A stretch of DNA of 63,980 nt, filler included, from Asterionella formosa (GCA_002256025.1; 19 parts of 19 records of this genome joined end to end with filler, not necessarily neighbours in it); one strand, 5' to 3'; counted from the whole stretch's first letter, positions 1 to 11,890 are shown. Translations and numbers: made by a program. Notes: generated by a model not told the origin, from the letters alone.

Positions 1-2
1 CA

Positions 3-110
3 CCTGCTGAAATTATTGAATTGTTAGAGGAGTCAGCAGAGGAGTGGACGAAACGGGCTGCGACTGATGGTTGGGGTGCGTTTTCAGCCGATTTTGAAGA
101 AGGGTTCTAA
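3..110 (+). CDS. 3' end of an unidentified gene (partial, contig edge)
   Basis: Open frame from the window start reads PAEIIELLEESAEEWTKRAATDGWGAFSADFEEGF* and ends in TAA at 108-110. No family recognised. Confidence 0.4.
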   Translation, partial: PAEIIELLEESAEEWTKRAATDGWGAFSADFEEGF

Positions 111-1838
111 TATAGAAGGGAATAGTGACAGTTTTTCCCCTTGTGGTCAATCTTGAAACTTCAGAAAGTCTTCAAAGTACCATTGCTACACATGATCAAT
201 GACTTTTTGATGCGCGGACTGCTTTGTACTATTCTTTGAAACACTGTGTTCTTGGAATGTTGCACTGGAAGGGAGTGAATCGTTCCCATCCCTCTTTCGA
301 GTACAAACATTTAGCTAATAGACTCTATTTGTTGTCATCGGCAAACAAGAAAGTTAAAGCATTCTCCGTAAGCATCAGTCATCCAACCCCAGGTACAGTA
401 CTGTCAACCGCCTCATGAGTGCCGTAGTGTAGTGAAATACAAAACAGGTCAAGGTTACGTCTTTCATCCCGGAGTAAACGAGAAATAATACACACAAGGG
501 ACGACCAGAAGCAGGTGGCGAGGACCAATATACAACGACTACCTCTGCATGACTAGACAAGACAGATACCTCAATACCTCACAATAGCCGCTGAGTCTGC
601 CGGTCTTGCTTTTTTTTGAATTTGAGATTCGTGCAAAGTGGGATCTTATGCTTTCACCACACTAAGTCTTAATTGAAAGTACTATCGCTGGTCATGACCG
701 TTTTCAATCTAATACGATTAATTAATGCGACCTTACGCTCGCTTTGAATGGCGTTAAGGATTCAAACTATCGCCATTTTCAATGCTCAGGGTCGTAGAAT
801 GTGATCGTACCTATTTAAAATCAAGAATCGTTCAACTACCCTTTACATTCAAATCTACTTCTCAGCCAATTTGTTAAATAAATTCTCTCCATTTTTCACG
901 CAGCACCTTAGCTATCCTGGAAAGAAGAAACGCTCAACTGCAATCTCTTTCTACGTTCAGCTCATGGTCTGTGTTAACTCATGGCCAGGCAGTATCTTTG
1001 TTAGCTTTATGGGACTCCGTAACGACAAGCCTGCATCACTTTATCTGTCCAGGTACGATGGTGCCCCTGTGAACACAACGTTCGTTACATAGATATATGA
1101 TAGCCTTGCGGTACTACCTGATACTGTTTGCACGATGGGCGAAGGAAATATTCGCTCATTGTTTCCTCGTTGCATCGGTCGTCAGCCATCGGTCCGCACC
1201 GCGGTCGTTTTTCAAAGTTGTACTACAGCCAGCCAGCATGCCGGTAGTGTGCCAGGTGCTATGGTACCAGTGTACCTGCTACCAGCTGAACCAGTAATTA
1301 ACAGGTATTATTTTACTCGCGTCAATTTTGATTTCGACCTTTCAATCTGTGTACCGTACCAGGTAGTACTTGCGAACATACTGGTACCTGGTACTTAGTT
1401 TTGCTATCCATCATGTTGTTGGTACAGGATATTAACACTCCTTATGTATCATACTAAGCTAAATATGAATCATCCACATGATGAATATATATTATGTATA
1501 CAGAATGTGTGTATGCCTGTTAGATACTGTGTACCAGGTACCTAGTACCAGATACTGTAGCTGATAAGTATTCCGGTACTTGATTACTGTACAGGTAAGT
1601 CTTGTCTGACGATGGCAGAGGCAGCAAACTGCTCCCGTGAAAACGTCGACCTCGCGCAGCCAAAATTTTGACGCGATTTCGCCTTGTCTGTTACTTACAC
1701 ATCATTGGCCACATTCGGATACATTAGTGTCCCTCCTTCTTTGCTTCGTGTTACCTGAGTTCATGTGCGAGGCCTATAGCCCAACGGCAGGGCCAATATT
1801 TTGACTGATCCGAATGAATTAACTGCTTCCAAGAACCG

Positions 1839-1938
1839 NNNNNNNNNNNNNNNNNNNNNNNNNNNNNNNNNNNNNNNNNNNNTTAATTAATTAANNNNNN
1901 NNNNNNNNNNNNNNNNNNNNNNNNNNNNNNNNNNNNNN
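1839..1938. other. Artificial contig spacer N44-TTAATTAATTAA-N44 (first of 18)
   Basis: Identical 100-bp spacers start at 1839, 3776, 33045, 34981, 36916, 38850, 40784, 42718, 44652, 46586, 48520, 50454, 52388, 54322, 56255, 58187, 60119 and 62050. TTAATTAATTAA gives stops in all six frames. Intervening small contigs fall in size from 1837 to 1831 bp. Confidence 0.98.
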
Positions 1939-2390
1939 GCCATTTTGGAAGAAGGAAACATTTAAAGGAGAGTCCAAAATTTTGACGAATCAATGAAAGT
2001 GGTAGCCTGATGAAGAAATAAGGAGAGAGCAAGAGAAGGGTCTTGAGAGATGCAGGAAGTATATAACAAACTGTATTGCTATTTAGGTGAATTTGAATTT
2101 GAATTTGAATTGTGAACCCTGGCAATCAATTGCCAGTATTAAATGTAGGGCTGAAGAGTAAGGTAAGATCACAAATGGTGGAATACGTGCGGGTTGGATG
2201 GATATTATGGATACATATGGATATTATTACTTGCATTAAACAGGGTACCTGGTACCAGGTACCAGGTTCCTGACAACATGATGGTCACTCTCAGACGCGT
2301 TTCATAAATGGTAGACTACCGGTAGTACCAATACCGGTACATATGGGACCTGGGACCTGACGGATGCGCATACATGTTAAATTGTCTAGT

Positions 2391-2781
2391 TGAAATATCA
2401 CAGATCTTACTTTTCAGATCTCTAAAGCTGAAAACGTATTTTCACTTTACACTTTGTAATATTGTGAGTTTTCTGTTAATAGTCTATCTAGTCTTGTTCT
2501 TGCCTGATTACTCATGTAATCCCGAACAAGACTTCTCACACTTTCCTTGATCCCGTCAAAATGATCTTGCTTACTTTGACAATAAGTAAGCATATTCATT
2601 TGACAATAAGTGAGCAGCACTTATTCTTTTGACAATAAGTGAGCATCTGATTCACTTGTCAATAAGTAAACATCTCCAGTCCAGTCATTTGTCAATAAGT
2701 GTCGAGATGTTTTGGGTCTTGGTTTCTAATCACTACTAAGAATATTGATTCTCGATTCTTTGGATTCCATATATTTTATCA
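2391..2781 (-). repeat. Putative 3' LTR of the Copia element (TG...CA)
   Basis: On the minus strand, the purine-rich tract GAGATCAGGGAGGG is followed directly by TG at 2781, and the segment ends ...GATATTTCA at 2391. A second PPT-like tract plus TG lies at 2555-2540. About five copies of T(G/C)ACAATAAGT-like units lie at ~2575-2700. Confidence 0.55.
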
Positions 2782-3774
2782 CCCTCCCTGATCTCGAAAC
2801 CAACAATCCATGGTCCCATTCATAATGTGGGTTGCATGAGTGTCATGAATTTTCTGAGTGACATTCTTTGAAAGTAGGTCTGCAGGATTCTTTAAAGTAT
2901 TCACATAGTCAACTCTAATATCCCCAGCCTTCACCTTTTCTCGTATGAAATGATATCTTACATCAATGTGCTTAGTTCGTGAACCAACCTGCTGATTCTT
3001 TGATAGAAAAATCGCACCTGTATTGTCTTCTGCAATGATACTGGGCATTTCCACGTATTCAACTTCATTGAGTAGATTCATTATAAACGTAGTTTCCTTT
3101 GATCCATCTGATAGAGCCACATACTCTGCTTCAGTGCTGGAAACAGTAACAATCTTCTGTCCTTTCGAAATCCAATTCACTAGCGATGCACCACCAATCG
3201 TACCCAAATATGCACTTGTCGATTTCCTTGTATCTGGATTGTCCCCAAATGAGCTGTCTACCACGTCTTGAACTCGTAATTCATGTGGCGGTCTCATTTT
3301 TAATTTTCTGTTCCTTTCATCAGTTGCAATGAAACCTAACAAACGTTCAACAGCACTCCAATGGGCATCACCTGGATTCTCTAAATGTTGAGAGAGTTCA
3401 CGACATGCATTCGCGCATATTGGTCCAACTTTCTTCACAAAATACAACAATTTTCCAACCATTGAACGATATTCTTTGTGGAGAATCACTTTGTCTGGAT
3501 TCATTCTGAGAACAATTCCTGGAAATGCTGGGGTTGATGCATCTCTTGGATACTTTCCAAAAATATCATGATAATCTTGTAGCATAACATGCACAAAATC
3601 CTCCATGCTCGACTCCAAGTAGCGTCCCACTTTATCTTGGCCCCAATCGTACCACACTCCCAAATGCTTCTTCAAAGGGCCAAGCTCCTTAATTGTGAAG
3701 TGTTTCTTGATTTCATTTTTGAACCATTTAATATCATTTGGCTTTCCAGCAATTGCACAATCATCGACATGTGT
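2779..3774 (-). mobile_element. Ty1/Copia (CoDi-like) pol C-terminus: reverse transcriptase + RNase H, intact frame, 5'-truncated by contig edge
   Basis: The frame opens at 3774 with THVDDC (YVDD-type catalytic motif). It continues through YRSMVGKLLY, DSSF..DTRKSTS, SSTEAEYVA, EDNTGAI, RTKHIDVRYHFIRE and NPADLLSK, the canonical Copia RT/RNase H motifs. Confidence 0.96.
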
Positions 3775-3875
3775 GNNNNNNNNNNNNNNNNNNNNNNNNN
3801 NNNNNNNNNNNNNNNNNNNTTAATTAATTAANNNNNNNNNNNNNNNNNNNNNNNNNNNNNNNNNNNNNNNNNNNN

Positions 3876-4280
3876 AGGGGCAATTGGCGTCTGTTGTCTT
3901 GCCAAAATGCGAACATATGAAATATGCAAAATTTATTTTAATGATGGGCAATATCAGACCTTTGGCAATTTTCGAGGTGAAGATAGGAAATAAACAAAAT
4001 ATATTTTATCTGATGGGCAATAGTAGGCTAAAATTGACATTTATGCTAAATTTGTGGGCAGTAGGTAAGCGAATGATGTGTCGACAGCTAGAGGGGGAAT
4101 TGCCTCAACAATACCCTTCTTGGCGGATACTTGCCTTCTGGTATACATGTGTACTCGACTGGAATGGCACTCGTGGGCGCCACTCATATGGTCAACCTAC
4201 TCGCACCACCCTGCCTCAAACACATGTATACTCACAGGCAAGAGACCACCTCGGGTATGTATTGCCTTCAGCAATGACAT
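3876..4280. repeat. Dispersed repeat family A, copy 1 (probable DNA-transposon end)
   Basis: Colinear with 11517-11890. Shared blocks are AGGGGCAATT, TGATGGGCAATAG, TTGCCTCAACAAT, TGCCTTCT.GTATACATGTG, AGACCACCT and TATTGC.TTCAGCAA. Confidence 0.75.
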
Positions 4281-6101
4281 TCTTCTTCTATAGTTAGCAA
4301 AATATAAACAAGTGCTGAACATATATTGATAAAAGCAAATGCCGCCAGACACACAGAAATGCAGTTATCAATTGTTTATCATACTTCTAATAAGCTATGT
4401 AATGTGTTCTTTATAAATCCATTACCTGCCCTCTTGATAATACATACTGCCGGTAGCAGTAGGCAGCCTCCCATAAATCCATTCACTCAAGTTCGGCCAC
4501 ATACGTACGTATAGGTCATACGTGTCATCACCATACTACCTGGTACCATATGTGTCATCACCATACTGCCAGTACCAGGTAATGTTCCTGTTCACCATTG
4601 AATGATGATACCATTACCAGTTACCTGGTACCAGAGGCATTCTCCAATATTCCACTGGACCAGGTACCAGTACCAGGGTACTCTACGCCAAACTTATTAC
4701 AATAAAGTGATGAAGGAGCACACTCTGTTGCGTCGAACCTACACTATCACACATATCATGGTATCGGCAAATAGTAGCTACGGTATTACGAGCAACCGGT
4801 ATGTACATTAAAAACACTTACCGGTATGCACCTCTGAAAGTAGCGGTAATTGGGATGAAACTGAAAAGGTTTAGCTATCTTTATCCCATATTAAATTCTT
4901 ATTTAAGCAAAAGGAGCGCAACTTGCTCGTATCTTTCATCCACCCGCACCTAAAGAAACGAAGCAAACCGAATGAGCATGGTGATGCATGGCCGGTGCTT
5001 TGGAGTTTGATAGCTTACCAGGGACCACAATGACCAGAGTGCATAGATTTGAGCCAGGACGGTAGCGCTAAAAGGAGTACCTGGTACAAGGTACCGCTAC
5101 GGAAGCTGGTATCCCGGAACATATATACATAAGTGTACATACATAAACAATTATATCATTGGCTACATGTATACAAATGATATGTTCTCATACTATCATT
5201 CCCAACTTTCTGGTGCTGGTGCAAGGTACTCATGGTACCAGTACTGTACTTATGAAGACATGTCTAAATGTTTTTCACGTATACTCCGTCAATCGTCGTA
5301 TATTCCATTATTGCACATTTTACACACTACCTGGTACCAGTACTCTACCGTATATCACGTACCTGGCACGACCGGTAAGGAATTGAGAGATAGTAAGTTT
5401 ATATGTAGACCACAATTGAAAGTAACGGTACCTGGTAGCTACCTGTGTTCTTAACAACATCAATACCCTGGTACCTGGTACCAGGTACCGATAATACCGT
5501 CAAATACTGGAATCTGGTGTATGATGTGTATTTAGAGTCGCAAGATTTGGCGGTGCTCACTCAACGCAAGCACCGGCGAGGTTTAAATTAGGTTATGAGA
5601 TCGATAGCGAGATATTGTGTAGAAGGTACATAAATGTTTGTATGAACGAAGGGCATATATACATGTTCATGATTGAACATAGCATATAACTTTAAATCGC
5701 CAGTTTATTAACATAGCGCAGCTGAGATTTCCGCTTCGGCAGCAGAATCGCCGTGTTGACCGATGCCGGCAGGCATTCCCTTGTCACTCACTTTATTCCT
5801 TGTGTTGAGATAGTTCTTCAATCAATAAAGCCTTGAAGCATTCAATAGAGGTGTAGAGGTGCGTAACATGTAGATTCAGACAGCAATGACGTTCAAAAGT
5901 TTGTTGTCGTGGGACTGTATTTCAGATTTTCGCATTGGGGATTCCGTGGCTACTTTATTGTCCCTTGCGTCGACACGTTCTTAGCAATTAGCGGAATTCT
6001 ACCTGTTCGTTGAGCTGTGTGGCGCCCTTGCTATTCGCTGCTGTCTTGAATACTATGCTCATTCCATTCCTCCTTTCTTTCCCATTTGCCAGTCTTCTAT
6101 A

Positions 6102-9100
6102 ATGTCGTCAGATAGAGCTTTCCGTCGACAGGATGGTGTTCATGATTCTGCAAGCCATATGCTTCGCTTGAGTCACTCCGCCTCCATGGAAGGCAACGAT
6201 CGTCAGGTCAAACATGCATACCTTCCCCCGAAGTTTACAGGAGGCGGATACCATGAACAATCACAGCATCCCCCTGCGCACAGTGCATATTATGGGCACA
6301 GGACCCACTTTGATAACTCCTACCCCGTCAACCCAAGGCTACCTCACAGTCGTTTGCAGACAGTTGTCACTAACTCGTTTAGTATTGAAGATGAAAGAGA
6401 AGAAAATGGCGAGCGCCTCTCAAGACGTGTGCGCCGTCCCATCCACATGGACGACCGTCATCCTGCCGATGTTGCCCCTATGGAGCTTGGGGAGCAACGA
6501 GAGATGTTGCAAGAAGGTCGAGACCAAGGATTTGGAGATCGCGAAACTTTCTCCAAACCAGCTCATGTCCCCCTGAGCCCTCCTGATGATGCTTCGATCC
6601 ACCTAAATCAAAAGCCCTCACAGCCCACCACGCCTGGATCCGGTTCCAAAGTGGTCGCTGACAACCTCAAGCGCAGCTTCTGGCACCACTCCAGACCTGC
6701 CGATGTTGATGTCAACCAGGTTGCCCACCCTGCTTTTATGCCTCCAAAGAGATCCCGGGTCAGCTATTCTCAGAAGGATCAAGGAACTATCTTGACACCT
6801 AGATCACAAGAAGAAATTGACCATCGCAATGAGATAGCCAAGAGGGATCACTCCTGGGCAGCCCATGAAGGCGAACAACAGCAACAGCACGGTTATGAAA
6901 CACAAATGTATCGGAAAACAAGTTCCTTCCCTTCTCCTTGGCAGCAATTGGGTCCGCACCGGTCCAACAACTCGTTTGGTTACCGTGAGACACCGATTCG
7001 TCAGGACTTTAGTATGAGTATGGATGACCTTTCCCTTCAGAGAACATGGTCTCGGGAGGACTCCTACCGTCAGGACTCTCACATGTCACATCACAATGGC
7101 ACATTTCATTCCCTTCCCAACAACCGCACTGCGCCTTCTCAACAGTACATGCATCGCCAAGGCAGTTTCCCTCCTCCGGTTTCCCAACAATGGCATGGAG
7201 GATCATTTGATTCTACATGGTCTCATCAAATGACACCTGCTGACTACGGTCGTCGACAGCAGCGTGACGAGTACGATTCCTCGCGTGATCCTCTTCGCTC
7301 GCGAACATTTTCCCGCGATGCAAGCTGGGATGCTAGAGATGCTGAAATGCGTCTCACTGGTTTCGATCCTCATCCTGCTATTGATGCAAATCGTGGCTAC
7401 GAGAATTCAAGAACCGCAATGAAGCCTCCTCAACAAGTGACCCCTGGCAATACAGACCTCTATCGCCTAAACAGTAGAAGCATGTCTATGGATGGTCCAA
7501 CTTTTGACATCAAATCTACAGACAAGGGCCCGATTCTCTATCTTTCACAGCCCGACGACAGGATTTCGCTCAGCGAAACTCTTTGCACAATTCGAGAAAA
7601 TATCGAAGTCTTTATTGCAACCAAGGAAGATGTCGAAGCGCCTGCTCCTGGCCGCAAACACCCCGTTGTCGTTGGCCAGGTTGGTCTTCGATGCATCCAC
7701 TGTCGCCACACAACAAAGTCCAGCGATCGTGTCAAGCGAGCCGTTTGCTACCCTTCTTCAATCCGTCGCATCTACCGCACCGTGATTGATATGAAGTTAG
7801 ATCACTTCCTGCATTGCCGTTTTGTTCCTCATGGTCTGAAGGACCGTCTCGAGGAGTTGAAGAGTATCAACACGAGAAGTACTGGGACAACGATGCAATA
7901 CTTCGTTAAGGCGGCCAAGAAGTTGGGTATGGTCGATGCTCCGTCTGGTGTTCGCATGGCGAAGCAATCAGGGGATGAATCACCGAGGAGAGAAAAGTCT
8001 CCAATGCCTGTATGTTCCCCCCAAACGCCCTCGTCACATTTCGTCCAGGTTACTAGCAATCCGGAAGGTATGGCTACACTAGGTGGTGTCGATTCCAGCG
8101 GCAAGGTGCTGCAACGCACGCCATCTGATGGTTCAGAAAATTCCGTTAGCATCACCAGCTCACCATCAGACATTTCAATGTGCGAAGAGATTGCAGGATT
8201 TCAAGGTAAGCTCATGTTAGCTCTTCCTGAAGACAAGATGGCATTGAGTCCTCTCCGCTGCTTCCTGCGAGAGAATGTCTACGCATTCACCGCTACTGAG
8301 GAAGACATTGCCGTTCGCACTCCTACTACATTTTCAGTTAGCATCGGCCAAGTTGGAATTGGATGCATCCACTGCAACTCGTTGCCTGCCAAAGAGCGTT
8401 CCAATCGTGCCGTGTGCTTCCCGTTCTCCATTGGACGAATCTACCAATCGGTTGCTGACATTCAGCGATTTCATTTGGCTGAGTGCAAAAACGTACCAGA
8501 AGGTGTTCGTGAAAAGTTCCAGTTGTTGCAGAGCGCCAGTTCGAAGGGATCCAAAGGGCTAGCAACTCGCCAATACTGGGTAACTTCAGCCAAAAAGGTT
8601 GGTCTCGTAGACACTCCCAAGGGTATACGTTTCAGCCGGGATCCTAATATTCCAGCTACTCCTGCAATCTCTTTGGACATTCTTGCACAAGTAGCTTCCA
8701 ACGTAACAACTGTTGACCGACCACTTGTCCTCCCCGAAGATAAGGCATATATTGCCGATTTCCTCTATGTTGTTATGGCTCAGCTTCAAGCCTGTCGCTT
8801 CACCGAGGCTGATCGCAACAAGCGTCGCCTAAAGGACGTTGGTTGTATTGGGGTCGAATGCAAACATTGTGCAGGACAAGTTGAGAGCCGAAAGTTCTTT
8901 TGGTCGTCGGTAAATGCGGTCGAATCAAATTTTGTGAGCGTTCACACTCACATGATGGAATGCAAGCATGTTCCGGATGTGCTCAAGGGACACCTGTCTA
9001 ATTTGAAACAAATGAGAAAGGAGCAAACTTCACGCCTCAAGAATGGGTCTCAAAAGGCATTTTTTCATCGGGTGTGGAGTCGTCTGCATCAAGCCGAAGG

Positions 9101-9215
9101 AAAGGAGTCACAGTCTGACAATTGTGAGGCTTGGGATGAATGTCCTCCTGCTGAAGTATCGTCAACCAATTTGAAAGACGCAACGAAGGATGACAAGGAA
9201 ATGTTTTCCGTTTAG
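6102..9215 (+). CDS. 1037-aa protein with disordered N-terminal half and three copies of a diatom-type Cys/His (putative zinc-binding) domain
   Basis: Long uninterrupted ORF. Three related units (LxxPED...GQVG[LI]xCxHC...AVC[YF]PxSI...HxxxCxxVP) lie at ~7535-7960, ~8210-8640 and ~8720-9090; the third is more divergent. Confidence 0.9.
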   Translation: MSSDRAFRRQDGVHDSASHMLRLSHSASMEGNDRQVKHAYLPPKFTGGGYHEQSQHPPAHSAYYGHRTHFDNSYPVNPRLPHSRLQTVVTNSFSIEDEREENGERLSRRVRRPIHMDDRHPADVAPMELGEQREMLQEGRDQGFGDRETFSKPAHVPLSPPDDASIHLNQKPSQPTTPGSGSKVVADNLKRSFWHHSRPADVDVNQVAHPAFMPPKRSRVSYSQKDQGTILTPRSQEEIDHRNEIAKRDHSWAAHEGEQQQQHGYETQMYRKTSSFPSPWQQLGPHRSNNSFGYRETPIRQDFSMSMDDLSLQRTWSREDSYRQDSHMSHHNGTFHSLPNNRTAPSQQYMHRQGSFPPPVSQQWHGGSFDSTWSHQMTPADYGRRQQRDEYDSSRDPLRSRTFSRDASWDARDAEMRLTGFDPHPAIDANRGYENSRTAMKPPQQVTPGNTDLYRLNSRSMSMDGPTFDIKSTDKGPILYLSQPDDRISLSETLCTIRENIEVFIATKEDVEAPAPGRKHPVVVGQVGLRCIHCRHTTKSSDRVKRAVCYPSSIRRIYRTVIDMKLDHFLHCRFVPHGLKDRLEELKSINTRSTGTTMQYFVKAAKKLGMVDAPSGVRMAKQSGDESPRREKSPMPVCSPQTPSSHFVQVTSNPEGMATLGGVDSSGKVLQRTPSDGSENSVSITSSPSDISMCEEIAGFQGKLMLALPEDKMALSPLRCFLRENVYAFTATEEDIAVRTPTTFSVSIGQVGIGCIHCNSLPAKERSNRAVCFPFSIGRIYQSVADIQRFHLAECKNVPEGVREKFQLLQSASSKGSKGLATRQYWVTSAKKVGLVDTPKGIRFSRDPNIPATPAISLDILAQVASNVTTVDRPLVLPEDKAYIADFLYVVMAQLQACRFTEADRNKRRLKDVGCIGVECKHCAGQVESRKFFWSSVNAVESNFVSVHTHMMECKHVPDVLKGHLSNLKQMRKEQTSRLKNGSQKAFFHRVWSRLHQAEGKESQSDNCEAWDECPPAEVSSTNLKDATKDDKEMFSV

Positions 9216-9366
9216 TATTTTAACTGAACAATTTGCGAAATGAGCGCTTCTACTACTACCGTTAAGCACTGCTACTTTCTATCCATAGCTACGTGGCAAA
9301 ATAATCTATTTCCTAGGCTCTAATCGGTAATCTAGGCCTCACTCGTCAATAGGGTCGATCATCGTG

Positions 9367-11250
9367 TCATTCTTCACCTTCCTCTTGAGGCCCTGTTTCC
9401 CATGATGAAATCCACTGATCCTCAGCGCTCGATGTATACTCCAATTCATGACCGAAATTTGTCGAAAAGACCGGAACTTCTGGAAATGCAAGCTTTTCCT
9501 TTCGAAAGATATTATCCCGTTGTTGATATGATGGATCAAAACGTTGCATGCGCTCTGGAGCTATCTTCTTCGGTGATTGAGGGGGTTTGCGGCTCAAAAC
9601 AAGAAAATCGTCTTCATCGTCCATTTCTGCATCCAAGTCGTAATCCTTTAGTTCCAATGCAACTACAGACGACGCAGGAGTTGCGCGTTGCCGACTTGGT
9701 GAAGGCAGATTCACGACGACATCAGTTCCGTCATGCGGTGCGATTCGAGTGTTTGACAAAACAAGTTTGACGGGTCTGCTGTCATAGCAGGTGTTTGTGA
9801 CGCGAGGGTGTGATCTCCAAAAGAAAGGATGCGAAGTTAGCTTATTGGAATGCGGAGCCTTTTGCTTCCACTTAGCTTTGGCTCGAGTCAGTAAGGGAAC
9901 ATTGAAGGATGAAAATGATGCATTCCCAAACGAACCTGAACCATCCATCGATGGACTTGATCTTGCACCGCTGCGTTCGTCGTCCCACGTGCCTCCTTTT
10001 CGTATTTCTCTATCATCACTGTTCGTCGCTGGTAGTGGTCCAGACTTTTCCTCGTCATCCTTCTCTACAGCGGATTTACCAATTGATGGGCTCGGCGATT
10101 GCATGTCCTCACGGTGTCCTGTCCCTGTAACTGCTGGTGATAAGTCTCTGAAGTCGTTTTGCATGGACTGACGAGTGATTACTGCTGTGTCATGACTTAG
10201 TTTTGGAGTGACTGGTGTGAACTCGGCGTATTCCTCTTTTTCCTCTTCTACTGCTTCCTCTTCCTCGACATCAATTACCTTGCTGGGTGCTCCAGACAAT
10301 GCTTCGTCTGCTTCTAAAAACTGACTGAGCTTCTCATACCTCTGAATCAAGTCGGAATATGCTTCATTCAACTGAGGAGGACTCCTAGTGATAGACTTCA
10401 TTTCGTTTGGAGACAGTGGGGATGATATTCGATGTTGAACTTGTAGGGTAGAATTTTCGACAAAGTGCACATTGGAACGTTGCGGCGTTCCTGGCAACTT
10501 ATTTAGAAGTGAGTGAAAGGACTCAAGCGTTGCATCGTCTTCATGATTCATGGCGGTAATACCTTCCAATATCCGTTCCAGTTGGAGTTGGGATTCTGAC
10601 ATACATAAACTCCCGGGAATGGATCGAGTGGCCTCGGTTGACAAGGTTTGAATGGGGAAACCATCAGTGCTCGACGATATGTACATTTCATTCGAACTGA
10701 CAGAGTCCGGCAACGAGAGCTGCTTTGCGATTCCCACATGTGCCTCTTCCGTTGAACTGCTTTGAGTCGAATTGACAGACGTACTTTCCCTGGTCAACTG
10801 TGAGGTTGTGGAGTTTTCTTCTTGAATGGATTCCATTGACCTCAAAGGTTGAGCCACATCCGATTCCGAACTGGCAGAAAACACATACAAGGCGTCATCG
10901 TAACTATGTTGCATGTAAATACTTTCGTCGTCGATGGAAATGCATTCCAGGGCTGATGACTCCTCAGACGCGGAAGATTTCACTCTGTTACCTAGAATGG
11001 AATCCATGGCTTGCTCTATTTGGGATTGTCGATCTGATTGACGATCGTCCGATTGCTTATGTCTAATAGATGCTGCACATCCAGGAGCTACGCATTTCAG
11101 TTTGCTCAGCATCTTCATTCCTCGTTTCTTCTTTCTTTTCTTGTCATCAATAGAACTAATGTTTTCGTGATGCAGTTCAGGAGTTGGGAAAGAGCTGTCG
11201 TCAGGGGAGCAGGTTCGTTTCAACGCTTTGCCGGGGCATCCGCCGAGCAT
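9367..11250 (-). CDS. Hypothetical 627-aa Ser/Glu-rich low-complexity protein
   Basis: Single long ORF convergent with 6102-9215. It has a basic KKRKKKRG patch (NLS-like). No domain recognised. Confidence 0.75.
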   Translation of the reverse strand: MLGGCPGKALKRTCSPDDSSFPTPELHHENISSIDDKKRKKKRGMKMLSKLKCVAPGCAASIRHKQSDDRQSDRQSQIEQAMDSILGNRVKSSASEESSALECISIDDESIYMQHSYDDALYVFSASSESDVAQPLRSMESIQEENSTTSQLTRESTSVNSTQSSSTEEAHVGIAKQLSLPDSVSSNEMYISSSTDGFPIQTLSTEATRSIPGSLCMSESQLQLERILEGITAMNHEDDATLESFHSLLNKLPGTPQRSNVHFVENSTLQVQHRISSPLSPNEMKSITRSPPQLNEAYSDLIQRYEKLSQFLEADEALSGAPSKVIDVEEEEAVEEEKEEYAEFTPVTPKLSHDTAVITRQSMQNDFRDLSPAVTGTGHREDMQSPSPSIGKSAVEKDDEEKSGPLPATNSDDREIRKGGTWDDERSGARSSPSMDGSGSFGNASFSSFNVPLLTRAKAKWKQKAPHSNKLTSHPFFWRSHPRVTNTCYDSRPVKLVLSNTRIAPHDGTDVVVNLPSPSRQRATPASSVVALELKDYDLDAEMDDEDDFLVLSRKPPQSPKKIAPERMQRFDPSYQQRDNIFRKEKLAFPEVPVFSTNFGHELEYTSSAEDQWISSWETGPQEEGEE

Positions 11251-11501
11251 TTTGGAGGGATGGTATACAATCGTTGACTGCGAGGCAACAAGTGTTTACT
11301 TTGGTTCATTCAGGTTGATTAATAAAGCGAGAAACAGAGGTTTCGTTTGAAGGTCCTCAACAAAAGCAAGTTCGAAGTCTCCAAATATTTCGTCTAGTCG
11401 AAAGCATAAACTGATATACCAGTACCCATGTATAAAATAGAGCATATATATTTATCATATAAACGGTAACAAAGCGTTTCGACTGCACTACCGCTATATA
11501 A

Positions 11502-11890
11502 CAGGGTCGAAAGCCGAGGGGCAATTATTTTGATGTTGGTCAAAACTGAGCCATTGCAAATTGCGATCATGTGAAGACATGTTTTAGAAACATGAAAAAT
11601 ACATTTCATGTGATGGGCAATAGCAATAAAATGACTTTTATGCTCAATAAGTTGGCTAGGTAAGCCAATGGCATGACTATAGCTAGTTGGTGATTTGCCT
11701 CAACAATTAGTGCCCTTCTCTCAAAAGCTACATGCCTTCTTGTATACATGTGAACTTGGCTGTGTTGGCACTCATAGGGTGACTTTCTCGCCAAGCCAGG
11801 GACACCACCACTTGTATGGTGAACCCCAACTTGCTCCACCCAGCCTTGCAGGCATCAGACCACCTTGAGTGTATATTGCTTTCAGCAAGT
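11502..11890. repeat. Dispersed repeat family A, copy 2; begins CAGGG (TIR-like end)
   Basis: Same-orientation homology to 3876-4280. The apparent left boundary is CAGGGTCGAAAGCCGAGGGGCAATT. Confidence 0.7.
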
